From NCBI GenBank assembly GCA_964016885.1, contig OZ024744.1, positions 106,144,001 to 106,208,000 of the forward strand: DNA of 64,000 nucleotides, in the 5' to 3' direction. Positions 1 through 13,711 of this stretch are shown here, in pieces; position 1 is the first letter of the stretch; every line of letters begins with the position of its first letter. This stretch comes from Eledone cirrhosa (Eukaryota). The translations under genes were made by a program, and so were the position numbers. The notes beneath the pieces were generated by a model. The model searched no databases. It was not told the origin of the DNA and saw only the letters and a list, made by a program, of their open reading frames with translations.

Positions 1-36
1 TAATTAGTTAATTAAATAAGGAGCTTGAAGCTTTAA

Positions 37-1565
37 ACCTTTAGCATTTACATTACTCTATATATACTATTATATTTTCACTGTAAAGGGTTTACCTCAC
101 ATAATATCTCACATAACATTTACATTACTCTATATATACTATTGTATTTTCACAGTAAAGGTTTTACCTCACATAATATCTCACATAACATTTACATTAC
201 TCTATATATACTATTGTATTTTCACAGTAAAGGTTTTACCTCACATAATATCTCACATAACATTTACATTACTCTATATATACTATTGTATTTTCACAGT
301 AAAGGTTTTACCTCACATAATATCTCACATAACATTTACATTACTCTATATATACTATTGTATTTTCACAGTAAAGGTTTTACCTCACATAATATCTCAC
401 ATAACATCTCACATAACATTTACATTACTCTATATATACTATTGTATTTTCACAGTAAAGGTTTTACCTCACATAATATCTCACATAATATCTACATTAC
501 TCTATATATACTATTATATTTTCACTGTAAAGGGTTTACCTCACATAATATCTCACATAACATTTACATTACTCTATATATACTATTGTATTTTCACAGT
601 AAAGGTTTTACCTCACATAATATCTCACATAATATCTACATTACTCTACATATACTATTATATTTTCACTGTAAAGGGTTTACCTCACATAACATTTACA
701 TTACTCTATATATACTATTGTATTTTCACAGTAAAGGCTTTACCTCACATAATATCTCACATAACATTTACATTACTCTATTTATACTATTGTATTTTCA
801 CAGTAAAGGCTTTACCTCACATAATATCTCACATAACATTTACATTACTCTATATATACTATTGTATTTTCACAGTAAACGCTTTACCTCACATAATATC
901 TCACATAACATTTACATTACTCTATATATACTATTGTATTTTCACAGTAAACGCTTTACCTCACATAATATCTCACATAACATCTCACATAACATTTACA
1001 TTACTCTATATATACTATTGTATTTTCACAGTAAACGCTTTACCTCACATGATATCTCACATAACATTTATATTACTCTATATATACTATTGTATTTTCA
1101 CAGTAAAGGCTTTACCTCACATAATATCTCACATAATATCTACATTACTCTATATATACTATTGTATTTTCACAGTAAACGCTTTACCTCACATAATACC
1201 TCACATAACATTTACATTACTCTATATATACTATTATATTTTCACTGTAAAGGGTTTACCTCACATAATATCTCACATAACATTTATATTACTCTATATA
1301 TACTATTGTATTTTCACAGTAAAGGCTTTAACTCACATAATATCTCACATAACATTTACATTACTCTATATATACTATTGTATTTTCACAGTAAAGGCTT
1401 TATCTTATATAATTATCTCACTTAATATCGAATCTATGAGATTTTGATATTATTTATTTTGAGAACAATACCTTAACATCAGTATGAGAGGTCGGTTACA
1501 GCTGGTTTAAACAGAAAAAATGTGAGAGAATTTAGCTGGATATGGCTGGTTTAAATGCTAAAGGC
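37..1565. mobile_element. piggyBac-like (TTAA) MITE with an internally amplified ~66-bp minisatellite
   Basis: TTAA at 33-36 and 1566-1569; TIRs CCTTTAGCATTTA (38-50) / TAAATGCTAAAGG (1552-1564); an unexpanded 220-bp copy lies in reverse orientation at 30412-30631. Confidence 0.8.
46..1400. repeat. ~66-bp tandem minisatellite (~20 units, some with a 12-bp ATCTCACATAAC-type indel)
   Basis: Repeated unit TTTACATTACTCTATATATACTATTGTATTTTCACAGTAAAGGTTTTACCTCACATAATATCTCACATAACA; ORF 142-1425 is its by-product. Confidence 0.95.
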
Positions 1566-1787
1566 TTAAAGTAGTAATAAATTACAAACTTACAGACAGA
1601 TGAAATGGAATACATGGGACAAATGTGTGTGTGTACACACATGTACATATACATGTGTGTATGTGTGCGCACATATAATATACATGTGTACATGTATACA
1701 TGTGCACATATAATATACATGTGCACTCATATGTATGTGGAAGAGTTTGAATGTTTGTGTGTGATTATAAGTGAGAGAGTTTCTTAC

Positions 1788-1868
1788 CTTAATGAGTCAA
1801 TCATTTCACAGTAAGCCTTATTTTCTTGGCTTAAATCTCTAATTAGGAGTTCAAGCTGTTTATTTTGT
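1788..1868 (-). CDS. Coding exon 6 of unidentified coiled-coil protein gene (continues off left edge)
   Basis: ttttaatcatcAG|...|GTaag; 81 nt, phase 2-2; (K)QNKQLELLIRDLSQENKAYCEMIDSL(R), heptad-like; phase matches exon 9279-9343. Confidence 0.75.
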
Positions 1869-2107
1869 CTGATGATTAAAACGAGAAATAAAATAAGTCA
1901 TCTGAGATTTATGTGATATGTAACTAGGACAGAATATTATACTGAATGAGGAGGTAGTTTGAGGAGGTTTTGCAGGGAAAGAGCATAAACTAAAGGGGTT
2001 AACACTTAGTATATTACTGGTACTTACTCTATTGAAAGAAGAAGCAGAAGAAGAAGAAGAAGAAGAAGAAGAAGAAGAAGAAGAGCTATTTTTCTTACTA
2101 ATAGTCC

Positions 2108-5100
2108 TAATGTAGTGTACTGTAGTGTAGTGTGGTGTAGTGTAGTGTGGTGTAGTGTGGGTAGTGTGGTGTAGTGTAGTGTAGTGTAGTGTGGTGTAGT
2201 GTAGTGTGGTGTAGTGTAGTGTAGTGTGGTGTGGTGTGGTGTAGTGTGGTGTAGTGTAGTGTGGTGTAGTGTGGTGTAGTGTGGTGTAGTGTAGTGTGGG
2301 TAGTGTGGTGTAGTGTGGTGTGGTGTGGTGTAGTGTACTGTAGTGTAGTGTGGTGTAGTGTAGTGTGGTGTAGTGTGGGTAGTGTGGTGTAGTGTAGTGT
2401 ACTGTAGTGTAGTGTGGTGTAGTGTAGTGTGGTGTAGTGTGGGTAGTGTGGTGTAGTGTAGTGTGGTGTAGTGTGGTGTAGTGTGGTGTAGTGTAGTGTG
2501 GGTAGTGTGGTGTAGTGTGGTGTAGTGTGGTGTAGTGTAGTGTGGTGTAGTGTGGTGTAGTGTCGTGTGGTGTAGTGTGGATAGTGTGGTGTAGTGTAAT
2601 GTAGTGTAGTGTGGTGTAGTGTGGTGTACTGTAGTGTAGTGTAGTGTGGTGTGGTGTGGTGTGGTGTGGTGTGGTGTGGTGTAGTGTAGTGTAGTGTAGT
2701 GTGGTGTAGTGTGCTGTAGTGTAGTGTGGTGTAGTGTGGGTAGTGTGGTGTAGTGTAGTGTAGTGTAGTGTGGTGTAGTGTGGTGTACTGTAGTGTAGTG
2801 TAGTGTGGTGTGGTGTGGTGTGGTGTAGTGTGGTGTAGTGTAGTGTGGTGTAGTGTGGTGTAGTGTAGTGTGGTGTAGTGTGGTGTAGTGTGGTGTAGTG
2901 TGGTGTAGTGTAGTGTGGTGTAGTGTGGTGTAGTGTGGTGTAGTGTGGTGTGGTGTAGTGTGGTGTACTGTAGTGTAGTGTAGTGTAGTGTGGTGTGGTG
3001 TAGTGTAGTGTAGTGTGGTGTAGTGTAGTGTAGTGTAGTGTGGTGTAGTGTAGTGTGGTGTAGTGTGGTGTAGTGTAGTGTAATGTGGTGTAGTGTAGTG
3101 TGGTGTGGTGTAGTGTGGTGTAGTGTGGTGTCGTGTGGTGTAGTGTGGTGTAGTGTAGTGTAGTGTGGTGTGGTGTAGTGTAGTGTAGTGTAGTGTAGTG
3201 TAGTGTAGTGTAGTGTAATGTGGTGTAGTGTAGTGTAGTGTGGTGTAGTGTAGTGTAGTGTAGTGTGGTGTGGTGTAGTGTGGTGTAGTGTACTGTAGTG
3301 TAGTGTGGTGTGGTGTAGTGTGGTGTAGTGTACTGTAGTGTAGTGTGGTGTAGCGTAGTGTAGTGTGGTGTAGGGTAGTGTGGTGTGGTGTAGTGTGGTG
3401 TAGTGTAGTGTAGTGTAGTGTAGTGTAGTGTGGTGTGGTGTAGTGTGGTGTAGTGTAGTGTAGTGTGGTGTAGTGTGGTGTAGTGTAGTGTGGTGTGGTG
3501 TGGTGTAGTGTAGTGTAATGTGGTGTAGTGTAGTGTGGTGTAGTGTAGTGTAATGTGGTGTAGTGTAGTGTAGTGTGGTGTAGTGTAGTGTGGTGTAGTG
3601 TAGTGTGGTGTAGTGTGGTGTAGTGTAGTGTAGTGTGGTGTAGTGTAGTGTGGTGTAGTGTAGTGTGGTGTGGTGTATTGTAGTGTGGTGTTGTGTGGTG
3701 TAGTGTAGTGTGGTGTAGTGTGGTGTAGTGTAATATAGTGTAGTGTGGTGTGGTGTAGTGTGGCGTGGTGTGGTATAGTGTGGCGCGGTGTAGTGTAGTG
3801 TGGTGTAGTGTAGTTTAGTGTGGTGTAGTGTAGTGTGATGTGTTGTAGTGTAGTGTGGTGTGGTGTGGTGTAGTGTTGTGTGGTGTAATGCAATGTAGTG
3901 TTGTGTAGTGTAGGTTTTGCAGGGAAAGAGCATAAACTAAAGGGGTTAACACTTAGTATATTACTGGTACTTACTCTATTGAAAGAAGAAGGAGAAGAAG
4001 AAGACGAAGAAGAAGAAGAAGAGCTATTTTTCTTACTAATAGTCCTAATGTAGTGTACTGTAGTGTAGTGTGGTGTAGTGTAGTGTAGTGTGGTGTGGTG
4101 TGGTGTAGTGTGGTGTAGTGTAGTGTGGTGTAGTGTAATGTGGTGTAGTGTAGTGTGGTGTAGTGTAGTGTAGTGTGGTGTAGTGTGGTGTAGTGTAGTG
4201 TACTGTAGTGTAGTGTGGTGTGGTGTAGTGTGGTGTAGTGTACTGTAGTGTAGTGTGGTGTAGTGTAGTGTAGTGTGGTGTAGTGTAGTGTGGTGTAGTG
4301 TAGTGTGGTGTAGTGTGGTGTAGTGTAGTGTGGTGTGGTGTGGTGTAGTGTAGTGTAATGTGGTGTAGTGTAGTGTAGTGTGGTGTGGTGTAGTGTAGTG
4401 TGGTGTAGTGTAGTGTAGTGTGGTGTAGTGTAGTGTGGTGTAGTGTAGTGTGGTGTGGTGTATTGTAGTGTGGTGTTGTGTGGTGTAGTGTAGTGTGGTG
4501 TAGTGTGGTGTAGTGTAATATAGTGTAGTGTGGTGTGGTGTAGTGTGGCGTGGTGTGGTGTAGTGTGGCGCGGTGTAGTGTAGTGTGGTGTAGTGTAGTT
4601 TAGTGTGGTGTAGTGTAGTGTGATGTGTTGTAGTGTAGTGTAGTGTGGTGTGGTGTAGTGTTGTGTGGTGTAATGCAATGTAGTGTTGTGTAGTGTAGGT
4701 TTTGCAGGGAAAGAGCATAAACTAAAGGGGTTAACACTTAGTATATTACTGGTATTTACTCTATTGAAAGAAGAAGGAGAAGAAGAAGACGAAGAAGAAG
4801 AAGAAGAGCTATTTTTCTTACTAATAGTCCTAATGTAGTGTACTGTAGTGTAGTGTGGTGTAGTGTAGTGTAGTGTGGTGTAGTGTGGTGTAGTGTAGTG
4901 TGGTGTAGTGTAATGTGGTGTAGTGTAGTGTGGTGTAGTGTAGTGTAGTGTGGTGTAGTGTGGTGTAGTGTAGTGTACTGTAGTGTAGTGTGGTGTGGTG
5001 TAGTGTGGTGTAGTGTACTGTAGTGTAGTGTGGTGTAGTGTAGTGTAGTGTGGTGTAGTGTAGTGTGGTGTAGTGTAGTGTGGTGTAGTGTAGTGTAGTG

Positions 5101-8100
5101 TAGTGTAGTGTAGTGTGGTGTTGTGTGGTGTAGTGTAGTGTGGTGTAGTGTGGTGTAGTGTAATATAGTGTAGTGTGGTGTGGTGTAGTGTGGCGTGGTG
5201 TGGTGTAGTATGGCGTGGTGTAGTGTAGTGTGGTGTAGTGTAGTTTAGTGTGGTGTAGTGTAGTGTGATGTGTTGTAGTGTAGTGTGGTGTGGTGTGGTG
5301 TAGTGTTGTGTAATGCAATGTAGTGTTGTGTAGTGTAGTGTGATGAAGTGTGGTGAAGTGTGGTGTAGTGTAGTGTGGTGTGATGTAGTGTGGTGTAGTG
5401 TATTGTGGAGTAGTGTGGTGTCATGTGGTGTAGTGTAGGGTTGTGTTGTGTAGTGTAGTGTTGTGTGGTGTAGTGTAATGTAGTGTGGTGTAGTGTAGTG
5501 TAGTGTAGTATGGTGTAGTGTAGTGTGGTGTAGTGTAATGTGGTGTGGTGTAGTGTAGTGTGGTGTAGTGTGGTGTAGTGTATTGTGGAGTAGTGTGGTG
5601 TCGTGTGGTGTAGTGTAGTGTGGTGTGGTGTAGTGTGGTGTAGTGTAGTGTAGTGTGGTGTAGTGTGGTGTAGTGTAGTGTAGTGTAGTGTGGTGTGGTG
5701 TAGTGTAGTGTAGTGTGGTGTAGTGTAGTGTGGTGTAGTGTACTGTAGTGTAGTGTCGTGTAGTGTGGTGTAGTGTACTGTAGTGTAGTGTGGTGTAGTG
5801 TAGTGTAGTGTGGTGTAGTGTAGTGTGGTGTAGTGTGGTGTGGTGTAGTGTAGTGTAGTGTAGTGTGGTGTAGTGTGGTGTAGTGTAGTGTAGTGTGGTG
5901 TAGTGTGGTGTAGTGTAGTGTAGTGTAGTGTGGTGTGGTGTAGTGTAGTGTAGTGTAGTGTAATGTGGTGTAGTGTAGTGTGGTGTAGTGTGGTGTAGTG
6001 TAGTGTACTGTAGTGTAGTGTGGTGTGGTGTAGTGTACTGTAGTGTAGTGTGGTGTAGTGTAGTGTAGTGTGGTGTAGTGTAGTGTGGTGTAGTGTAGTG
6101 TGGTGTGGTGTAGTGTAGTGTGGTGTTGTGTGGTGTAGTGTAGTGTGGTGTAGTGTGGTGTAGTGTAATATAGTGTAGTGTGGTGTGGTGTAGTGTGGCG
6201 TGGTGTGGTGTAGTGTGGCGCGGTGTAATGTAGTGTGGTGTAGTGTAGTTTAGTGTGGTGTAGTGTAGTGTGATGTGTTGTAGTGTAGTGTAGTGTGGTG
6301 TAATGCAATGTAGTGTTGTGTAGTGTAGTGTGGTGTAGTGTGGTGTAGTGTAGTGTGGTGTGGTGTAGTGTGGTGTAGTGTATTGTGGAGTAGTGTGGTG
6401 TCGTGTGGTGTAGTGTAGTGTTGTGTGGTGTAGTGTAGTGTTGTGTGGTGTAGTGTAATGTAGTGTGGTGTAGTGTAGTGTGGTGTAGTGTCGTGTAGTG
6501 TAGTGTGGTGTAGTGTAGTGTGGTGTAGTGTAATGTGGTGTAGTGTAGTGTAGTGTGATGTAGTGTAGTGTAGTGTGGTGTCGTGTGGTGTAGTGTAGTG
6601 TAGTGTAGTGTAGTGTAGTGTAGTGTAGTGTAGTGTAGTGTAGTGTAGTGTAGTGTAGTGTAGTGTAGTGTAGGGTAGTGTAGTGCGGTGTAGTGTGGTG
6701 TGGTGCAGTGTGGTGTGGTGTAGTGTGGTGTAGTGTGGTGTAGTGTGCTGTGGTGTGGTGTACTGTAGTGTGGTGTGGTGCAGTGTAGTGTGGTGTAGTG
6801 TAGTGTAGTGTAGTGTAGTGTGGTGTAGTGTGCTGTGGTGTGGTGTACTGTAGTGTGGTGTGGTGCAGTGTAGTGTGGTGTAGTGTAGTGTAGTGTGGAG
6901 TAGTGTGGAGTAGTGTGGTGTAGTGTGGTGTAGGGTGGTGTGGTGCAGTGTGGTGTGGTGTAGTGTAGTGTAGTGTGTGGTGTGGTGTAGTGTGATGTAG
7001 TGTGGTGTAGTGTGGTGTCGTGTAGTGTAGTGTGGTGTAGTGTGCTGTGGTGTGGTGTAGTGTAGTGTGGTGTGGTGCAGTGTGGTGTGGTGTAGTGTGG
7101 TGTAGTGTAGTGTAGTGTGGTGCAGTGTGGTGTGGTGTAGTGTAGTGTGGTGTAGTGTGCTGTAGTGGGTGTGGTGTGGTGAGGTGTGGTGTGGTGTGGT
7201 GTAGTGTGGTGCAGTGTGGTGTGGTGTAGTGTAGTGTGGTGTAGTGTGCTGTAGTGGGTGTGGTGTGGTGCAGTGTGGTGTGGTGTAGTGTAGTGTAGTG
7301 TGGTGCAGTGTGGTGTGGTGTGGTGTAGTGTGGTGTAGTGTAGTGTAGTGTGGTGCAGTGTGGTGTGGTGTAGTGTAGTGTGGTGTAGTGTGCTGTGGTG
7401 TGGTGTAGTGTAGTGTGGTGTGGTGCAGTGTAGTGTGGTGTAGTGTAGTGTAGTGTGGTGTAGTGTGGTGTCGTGTAGTGTAGTGTGGTGTAGTGTGCTG
7501 TGGTGTGGTGTAGTGTAGTGTGGTGTGGTGCAGTGTGGTGTGGTGTAGTGTAGTGTGGTGTAGTGTGCTGTGGTGTGGTGTAGTGTAGTGTGGTGTGGTG
7601 CAGTGTAGTGTGGTGTAGTGTAGTGTGGTGTAGTGTGCTGTGGTGTGGTGTAGTGTAGTGTGGTGTGGTGCAGTGTAGTGTGGTGTAGTGTGGTGTAGGG
7701 TGGTGTAGTGTAGTGTAGTGTGGTGTAGTGTGGTGTCGTGTAGTGTAGTGTGGTGTAGTGTGCTGTGGTGTGGTGTGGTGTAGTGTAGTGTGGTGTGGTG
7801 CAGTGTGGTGTGGTGTAGTGTAGTGTAGTGTGGTGTAGTGTGGTGTCGTGTAGTGTAGTGTAGTGTGGTGTAGTGTGCTGTGGTGTGGTGTAGTGTGGTG
7901 TAGTGTGGTGTCGTGTAGTGTAGTGTGGTGTAGTGTGCTGTGGTGTGGTGTAGTGTAGTGTGGTGTGGTGCAGTGTGGTGTGGTGTAGTGTAGTGTGGTG
8001 TAGTGTGCTGTAGTGTAGTGTAGTGTGGTGTAGTGTGGTGTCGTGTAGTGTAGTGTGGTGTAGTGTGCTGTGGTGTGGTGTAGTGTAGTGTGGTGTGGTG

Positions 8101-9232
8101 CAGTGTAGTGTGGTGTAGTGTAGTGTAGTGTAGTGTGGTGTGGTGTGGTGTAGTGTAGTGTGGTGTAGTGTAGTGTAGTGTAGTGTGGTGTGGTGTAGTG
8201 TGGTGTGCTGTGGTGTGGTGTAGTGTAGTGTGGTGTGGTGCAGTGTAGTGTGGTGCAGTGTAGTGTGGTGTAGTGTAGTGTAGTGTAGTGTGGTGTGGTG
8301 TAGTGTGGTGTGCTGTGGTGTGGTGTAGTGTAGTGTGGTGTGGTGTAGTGTGGTGTGGTGTAGTGTAGTGTAGTGTAGTGTGGTGTGGTGTAGTGTGGTG
8401 TGCTGTGGTGTGGTGTAGTGTAGTGTGGTGTGGTGCAGTGTAGTGTGGTGTAGTGTAGTGTAGTGTAGTGTGGTGTGGTGTAGTGTGGTGTGCTGTGGTG
8501 TGGTGTAGTGTAGTGTGGTGTGGTGCAGTGTAGTGTGGTGTAGTGTGGAGTAGTGTGGTGTAGTGTGGTGTAGGGTGGTGTGGTGCAGTGTGGTGTGGTG
8601 TAGTGTAGTGTAGTGTGTGGTGTGGTGTGCTGTGCTGTGCTGTGGTGTAGCGTAGTGTAGTGTGGTGCAGTGTGGTGTAGTGTGGTGTAGTGTAGTGTAG
8701 TGTGGAGTAGTGTGGTGTAGTGTGGTGTAGGGTGGTGTAGTGTGGTGTGGTGCAGTGTGGTGTGGTGTAGTGTAGTGTAGTGTGGTGTAGTGTGCTGTGG
8801 TGTGGTGTAGTGTAGTGTGGTGTGGTGCAGTGTGGTGTGGTGTAGTGTAGTGTAGTGTGGTGTAGTGTAGTGTGGTGTGGTGCAGTGTAGTGTGGTGTAG
8901 TGTGCTGTGGTGTGGTGTACTGTAGTGTGGTGTGGTGCAGTGTAGTGTGGTGTAGTGTAGTGTAGTGTAGTGTGTGGTGTGGTGTGCTGTGCTGTGCTGT
9001 GGTGTAGCGTAGTGTGGTGTGGTGCAGTGTAGTGTAGTGTGGAGTAGTGTGCTGTGGTGTGGTGTACTGTAGTGTGGTGTGGTGCAGTGTAGTGTGGTGT
9101 AGTGTAGTGTAGTGTAGTGTGTGGTGTGGTGTGCTGTGCTGTGCTGTGGTGTAGCGTAGTGTGGTGTGGTGTAGTGTAGTGTAGTGTGTGGTGTGGTGTG
9201 GTGTGCTGTGCTGTGGTGTAGCGTAGTGTGGT
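2108..9232. repeat. ~7-kb (GTGTA/GTGTG) pentanucleotide satellite with higher-order duplications
   Basis: Continuous TAGTG/TGGTG array; the H/Y/T-rich ORFs are artefacts; a unique ~140-bp flank recurs at ~1966, ~3913 and ~4698. Confidence 0.97.
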
Positions 9233-9278
9233 GTTAGTATAGGGAAGAAAATATTTTAAAATAAAGAAAATATATTAC

Positions 9279-9343
9279 TTGTTTAATGTCAGTATTTCTT
9301 GCTTGGCTCCACTTAGATGGTTTTCAGAAGTTGACAGAGAACT
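9279..9343 (-). CDS. Coding exon 5 of unidentified coiled-coil protein gene
   Basis: ttattacAG|...|GTaata; 65 nt, phase 0-2; SSLSTSENHLSGAKQEILTLN(K); sits in a small unique island between two satellites. Confidence 0.75.
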
Positions 9344-9389
9344 CTGTAATAATGATAATAATGAAGTAGTCAACTCAGGTTTCAGGTGT

Positions 9390-12300
9390 CACACATACAC
9401 ACATCCACACACTCGCACACTCACACACACGAACACATACACACACTCGCACACTCACACACACGAACACATCCACACACTCGCACACTCACACACACGA
9501 ACACATACACACACTCGCACACTCACACACACGAACACATCCACACACTTGCACACTCACACACACGAACACATACACACACTCGCACACTCACACACAC
9601 GAATACATACACGCACTCGCATACTCACACACACGAACACATACACACACTCGCACACTCACACACACGAACACATCCACACACTCGCACACTCACACAC
9701 ACGAACACATCCACACACTCGCACGCTCACACACACGAACACATACACACACTCGCACACTCACACACACGAACACATCCACACACTCGCACACTCACAC
9801 ACACGAACACATACACACACTCGCACACTCACACACACGAACACATCCACACACTCGCACACTCACACACACGAACACATCCACACACTTGCACACTCAC
9901 ACACACGAATACATACACACACTCGCACACTCACACACACGAATACATACACACACTCGCACACTCACACACACGAACACATACACACACTCGCACACTC
10001 ACACACACGAACACATCCACACACTCGCACACTCACACACACGAACACATCCACACACTCGCACACTCACACACACGAACACATACACACACTCGCACAC
10101 TCACACACACGAATACATACACGCACTCGCACACTCACACACACGAACACATACACACACTCGCACACTCACACACACGAACACATCCACACACTCGCAC
10201 ACTCACACACACGAACACATCCACACACTCGCACGCTCACACACACGAACACATACACACACTCGCACACTCACACACACGAACACATCCACACACACAT
10301 ACATACACACACACGAACACATCCACACACTCGCACACTCACACACACGAACACATCCACACACTCGCACACTCACACACACGAACACATACACACTCGC
10401 ACACTCACACACACGAACACATCCACACACTCGCACACTCACACACACGAACTCATACACACACTCGCACACTCACACACACGAACACATCCACACACAC
10501 ATACATACACACACACGAACACATCCACACACTCGCACATTCACACACACGAACACATACACACACACGAACACATCCACACACTCGCACACTGACACAC
10601 ACGAACACATCCACACACACATACACACACAAACACATACACACACACAAACATACACACACATCCACACAGACATACTCACACACACTCACACACCAAA
10701 CACACATCCACACACAGACGCGCACACACACACACAGACGCACATACACACGCACACACACAAGCACACATGCACATTCATACATACACACAGACACACA
10801 CACACATTCACACACACACACAGACGCACATGCACGCACATACACAGGCACATAAACACACATACACAACACACGCACACACAAATGCACACACATACAC
10901 ACACAAACACGTGCACTCTCACACACACACATATACATCCACACTCAAACATACACACACATACACATGCACACACACCCATACATACACACACAGACAC
11001 ACAAGCACACAGATATACACATACAAACACACACATACATACACATGCACACACATACACCCACATACACACAGACACACAAGCACATAGATATGCACAT
11101 ACAAACACACACATACATACACATGCACACACATACACCCACATACACACAGACACACAAGCACATAGATATGCACATACAAACACACACAAACACACAC
11201 ATGCACACACATACACCCACATACACACAGACATACACACACACAGATATACACATACAAACACACACATACATACACATGCACACACATACACCCACAT
11301 ACACACAGACATACACACACACAGATATGCACATACAAACACACACATACATACACATGCACACACATACACCCACATACACACAGACACACAAGCACAG
11401 ATATGCACATACAAACACACACATACATACACATGCACATACATACACCCACATACACACAGACATACACACACACAGATATGCACATACAAACACACAC
11501 ATACATACACATGCACACACATACACCCACATACACACAGACATACACACACACAGATATGCACATACAAACACACACATGCACACACATACACCCACAT
11601 ACACACAGACATACACACACACAGATATACACATACAAACACACACATACATACACATGCACACACATACACCCACATACACACAGACATACACACACAG
11701 AGATATGCACATACAAACACACACATACATACACATGCACACACATACACCCACATACACACAGACATACACACACACAGATATACACACACATACACAT
11801 GCACACACACCCATACACACACACACACAGACACACAAGCACACAGATATGCACATACAAACACACACATACATACACATGCACACACATACACCCACAT
11901 ACACACAGACATACACACACACAGATATGCACATACAAACACACACATACATACACATGCACACACACACATACACCCACATACACACAGACATACACAC
12001 ACAGAGATATGCACATACAAACACACACATACATACACATGCACACACATACACCCACATACACACAGACACACAAGCACATAGATATGCACATACAAAC
12101 ACACACATACATACACATGCACACACATACACCCACATACACACAGACAGATATGCACATACAAACACACACATACATACACATGCACACACATACACCC
12201 ACATACACACAGACATACACACACACAGATATACACATACAAACACACACATACATACACATGCACACACATACACCCACATACACACAGACACACAAGC

Positions 12301-13655
12301 ACATAGATATGCACATACAAACACACACATACATACACATGCACATACATACACCCACATACACACAGACATACACACACACAGATATGCACATACAAAC
12401 ACACACATACATACACATGCACACACATACACCCACATACACACAGACATACACACACACAGATATGCACATACAAACACACACATGCACACACATACAC
12501 CCACATACACACAGACATACACACACACAGATATGCACATACAAACACACACATACATACACATGCACACACATACACCCACATACACACAGACATACAC
12601 ACACAGAGATATGCACATACAAACACACACATACATACACATGCACACACATACACCCACATACACACAGACATACACACACACAGATATACACACACAT
12701 ACACATGCACACACACCCATACACACACACACACAGACACACAAGCACACAGATATGCACATACAAACACACACATACATACACATGCACACACATACAC
12801 CCACATACACACAGACATACACACACACAGATATGCACATACAAACACACACATACATACACATGCACACATACACCCACATACACACAGACATACACAC
12901 ACAGAGATATGCACATACAAACACACACATACATACACATGCACACACATACACCCACATACACACAGACACACAAGCACATAGATATGCACATACAAAC
13001 ACACACATACATACACATGCACACACATACACCCACATACACACAGACATACACACACACAGATATGCACATACAAACACACACATACATACACATGCAC
13101 ACACATACACCCACATACACACAGACATACACACACACAGATATACACATACAAACACACACATACATACACATGCACACACATACACCCACATACACAC
13201 AGACATACACACACACAGATATGCACATACAAACACACACATACATACACATGCACACACATACACCCACATACACACAGACATACACACACACAGATAT
13301 ACACACACATACACATGCACACACACACCCATACACACACACACACCCACACACACACAGACACACAAGCACACAGATATGCACATACAAACACACACAT
13401 ACATACACATGCACACACATACAAACACATACACACAGACATACACACACACAGATATGCACATACAAACACACACATACATACACATGCACACACGTAC
13501 ATACACCCACATACACACAGACATACACACACAGAGATATGCACATACAAACACACACATACATACACATGCACACACATACACCCACATACACACAGAC
13601 ATACACACATACACACAGAGATACACACATCCACTACACACATACACACACTCAC
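9390..13655. repeat. CA-rich minisatellite arrays (~36-bp unit to ~10600, then ~66-bp unit)
   Basis: Units CACACTCGCACACTCACACACACGAACACAT(A/C)CA and ...CAGATATGCACATACAAACACACACATACATACACATGCAC...; the HT/VC ORFs are artefacts. Confidence 0.95.
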
Positions 13656-13711
13656 ATTGAGATATGGGGTATTTTGTTTATAGCTTCACCTCAGTCTATC
13701 TACCTATGTAT

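Noticed and set aside
46-1400. CRISPR-like appearance of regular repeats (also 55195-57915)
   Set aside because: No unique spacers, no cas genes, and eukaryotic context
2028-2106. Possible Ser-rich minus-strand exon (TISKKNSSSS...FNR|gtaagt), present three times
   Set aside because: No polypyrimidine tract, its end phase does not fit exon 1868-1788, the donor resembles decayed SINE A sequence, and exons 5 and 6 already join in frame
142-13660. Long ORFs of 400-1000 aa (HTTLHY, HT, VC repeats)
   Set aside because: Translations of satellites that lack stop codons in some frames; no splice or homology support
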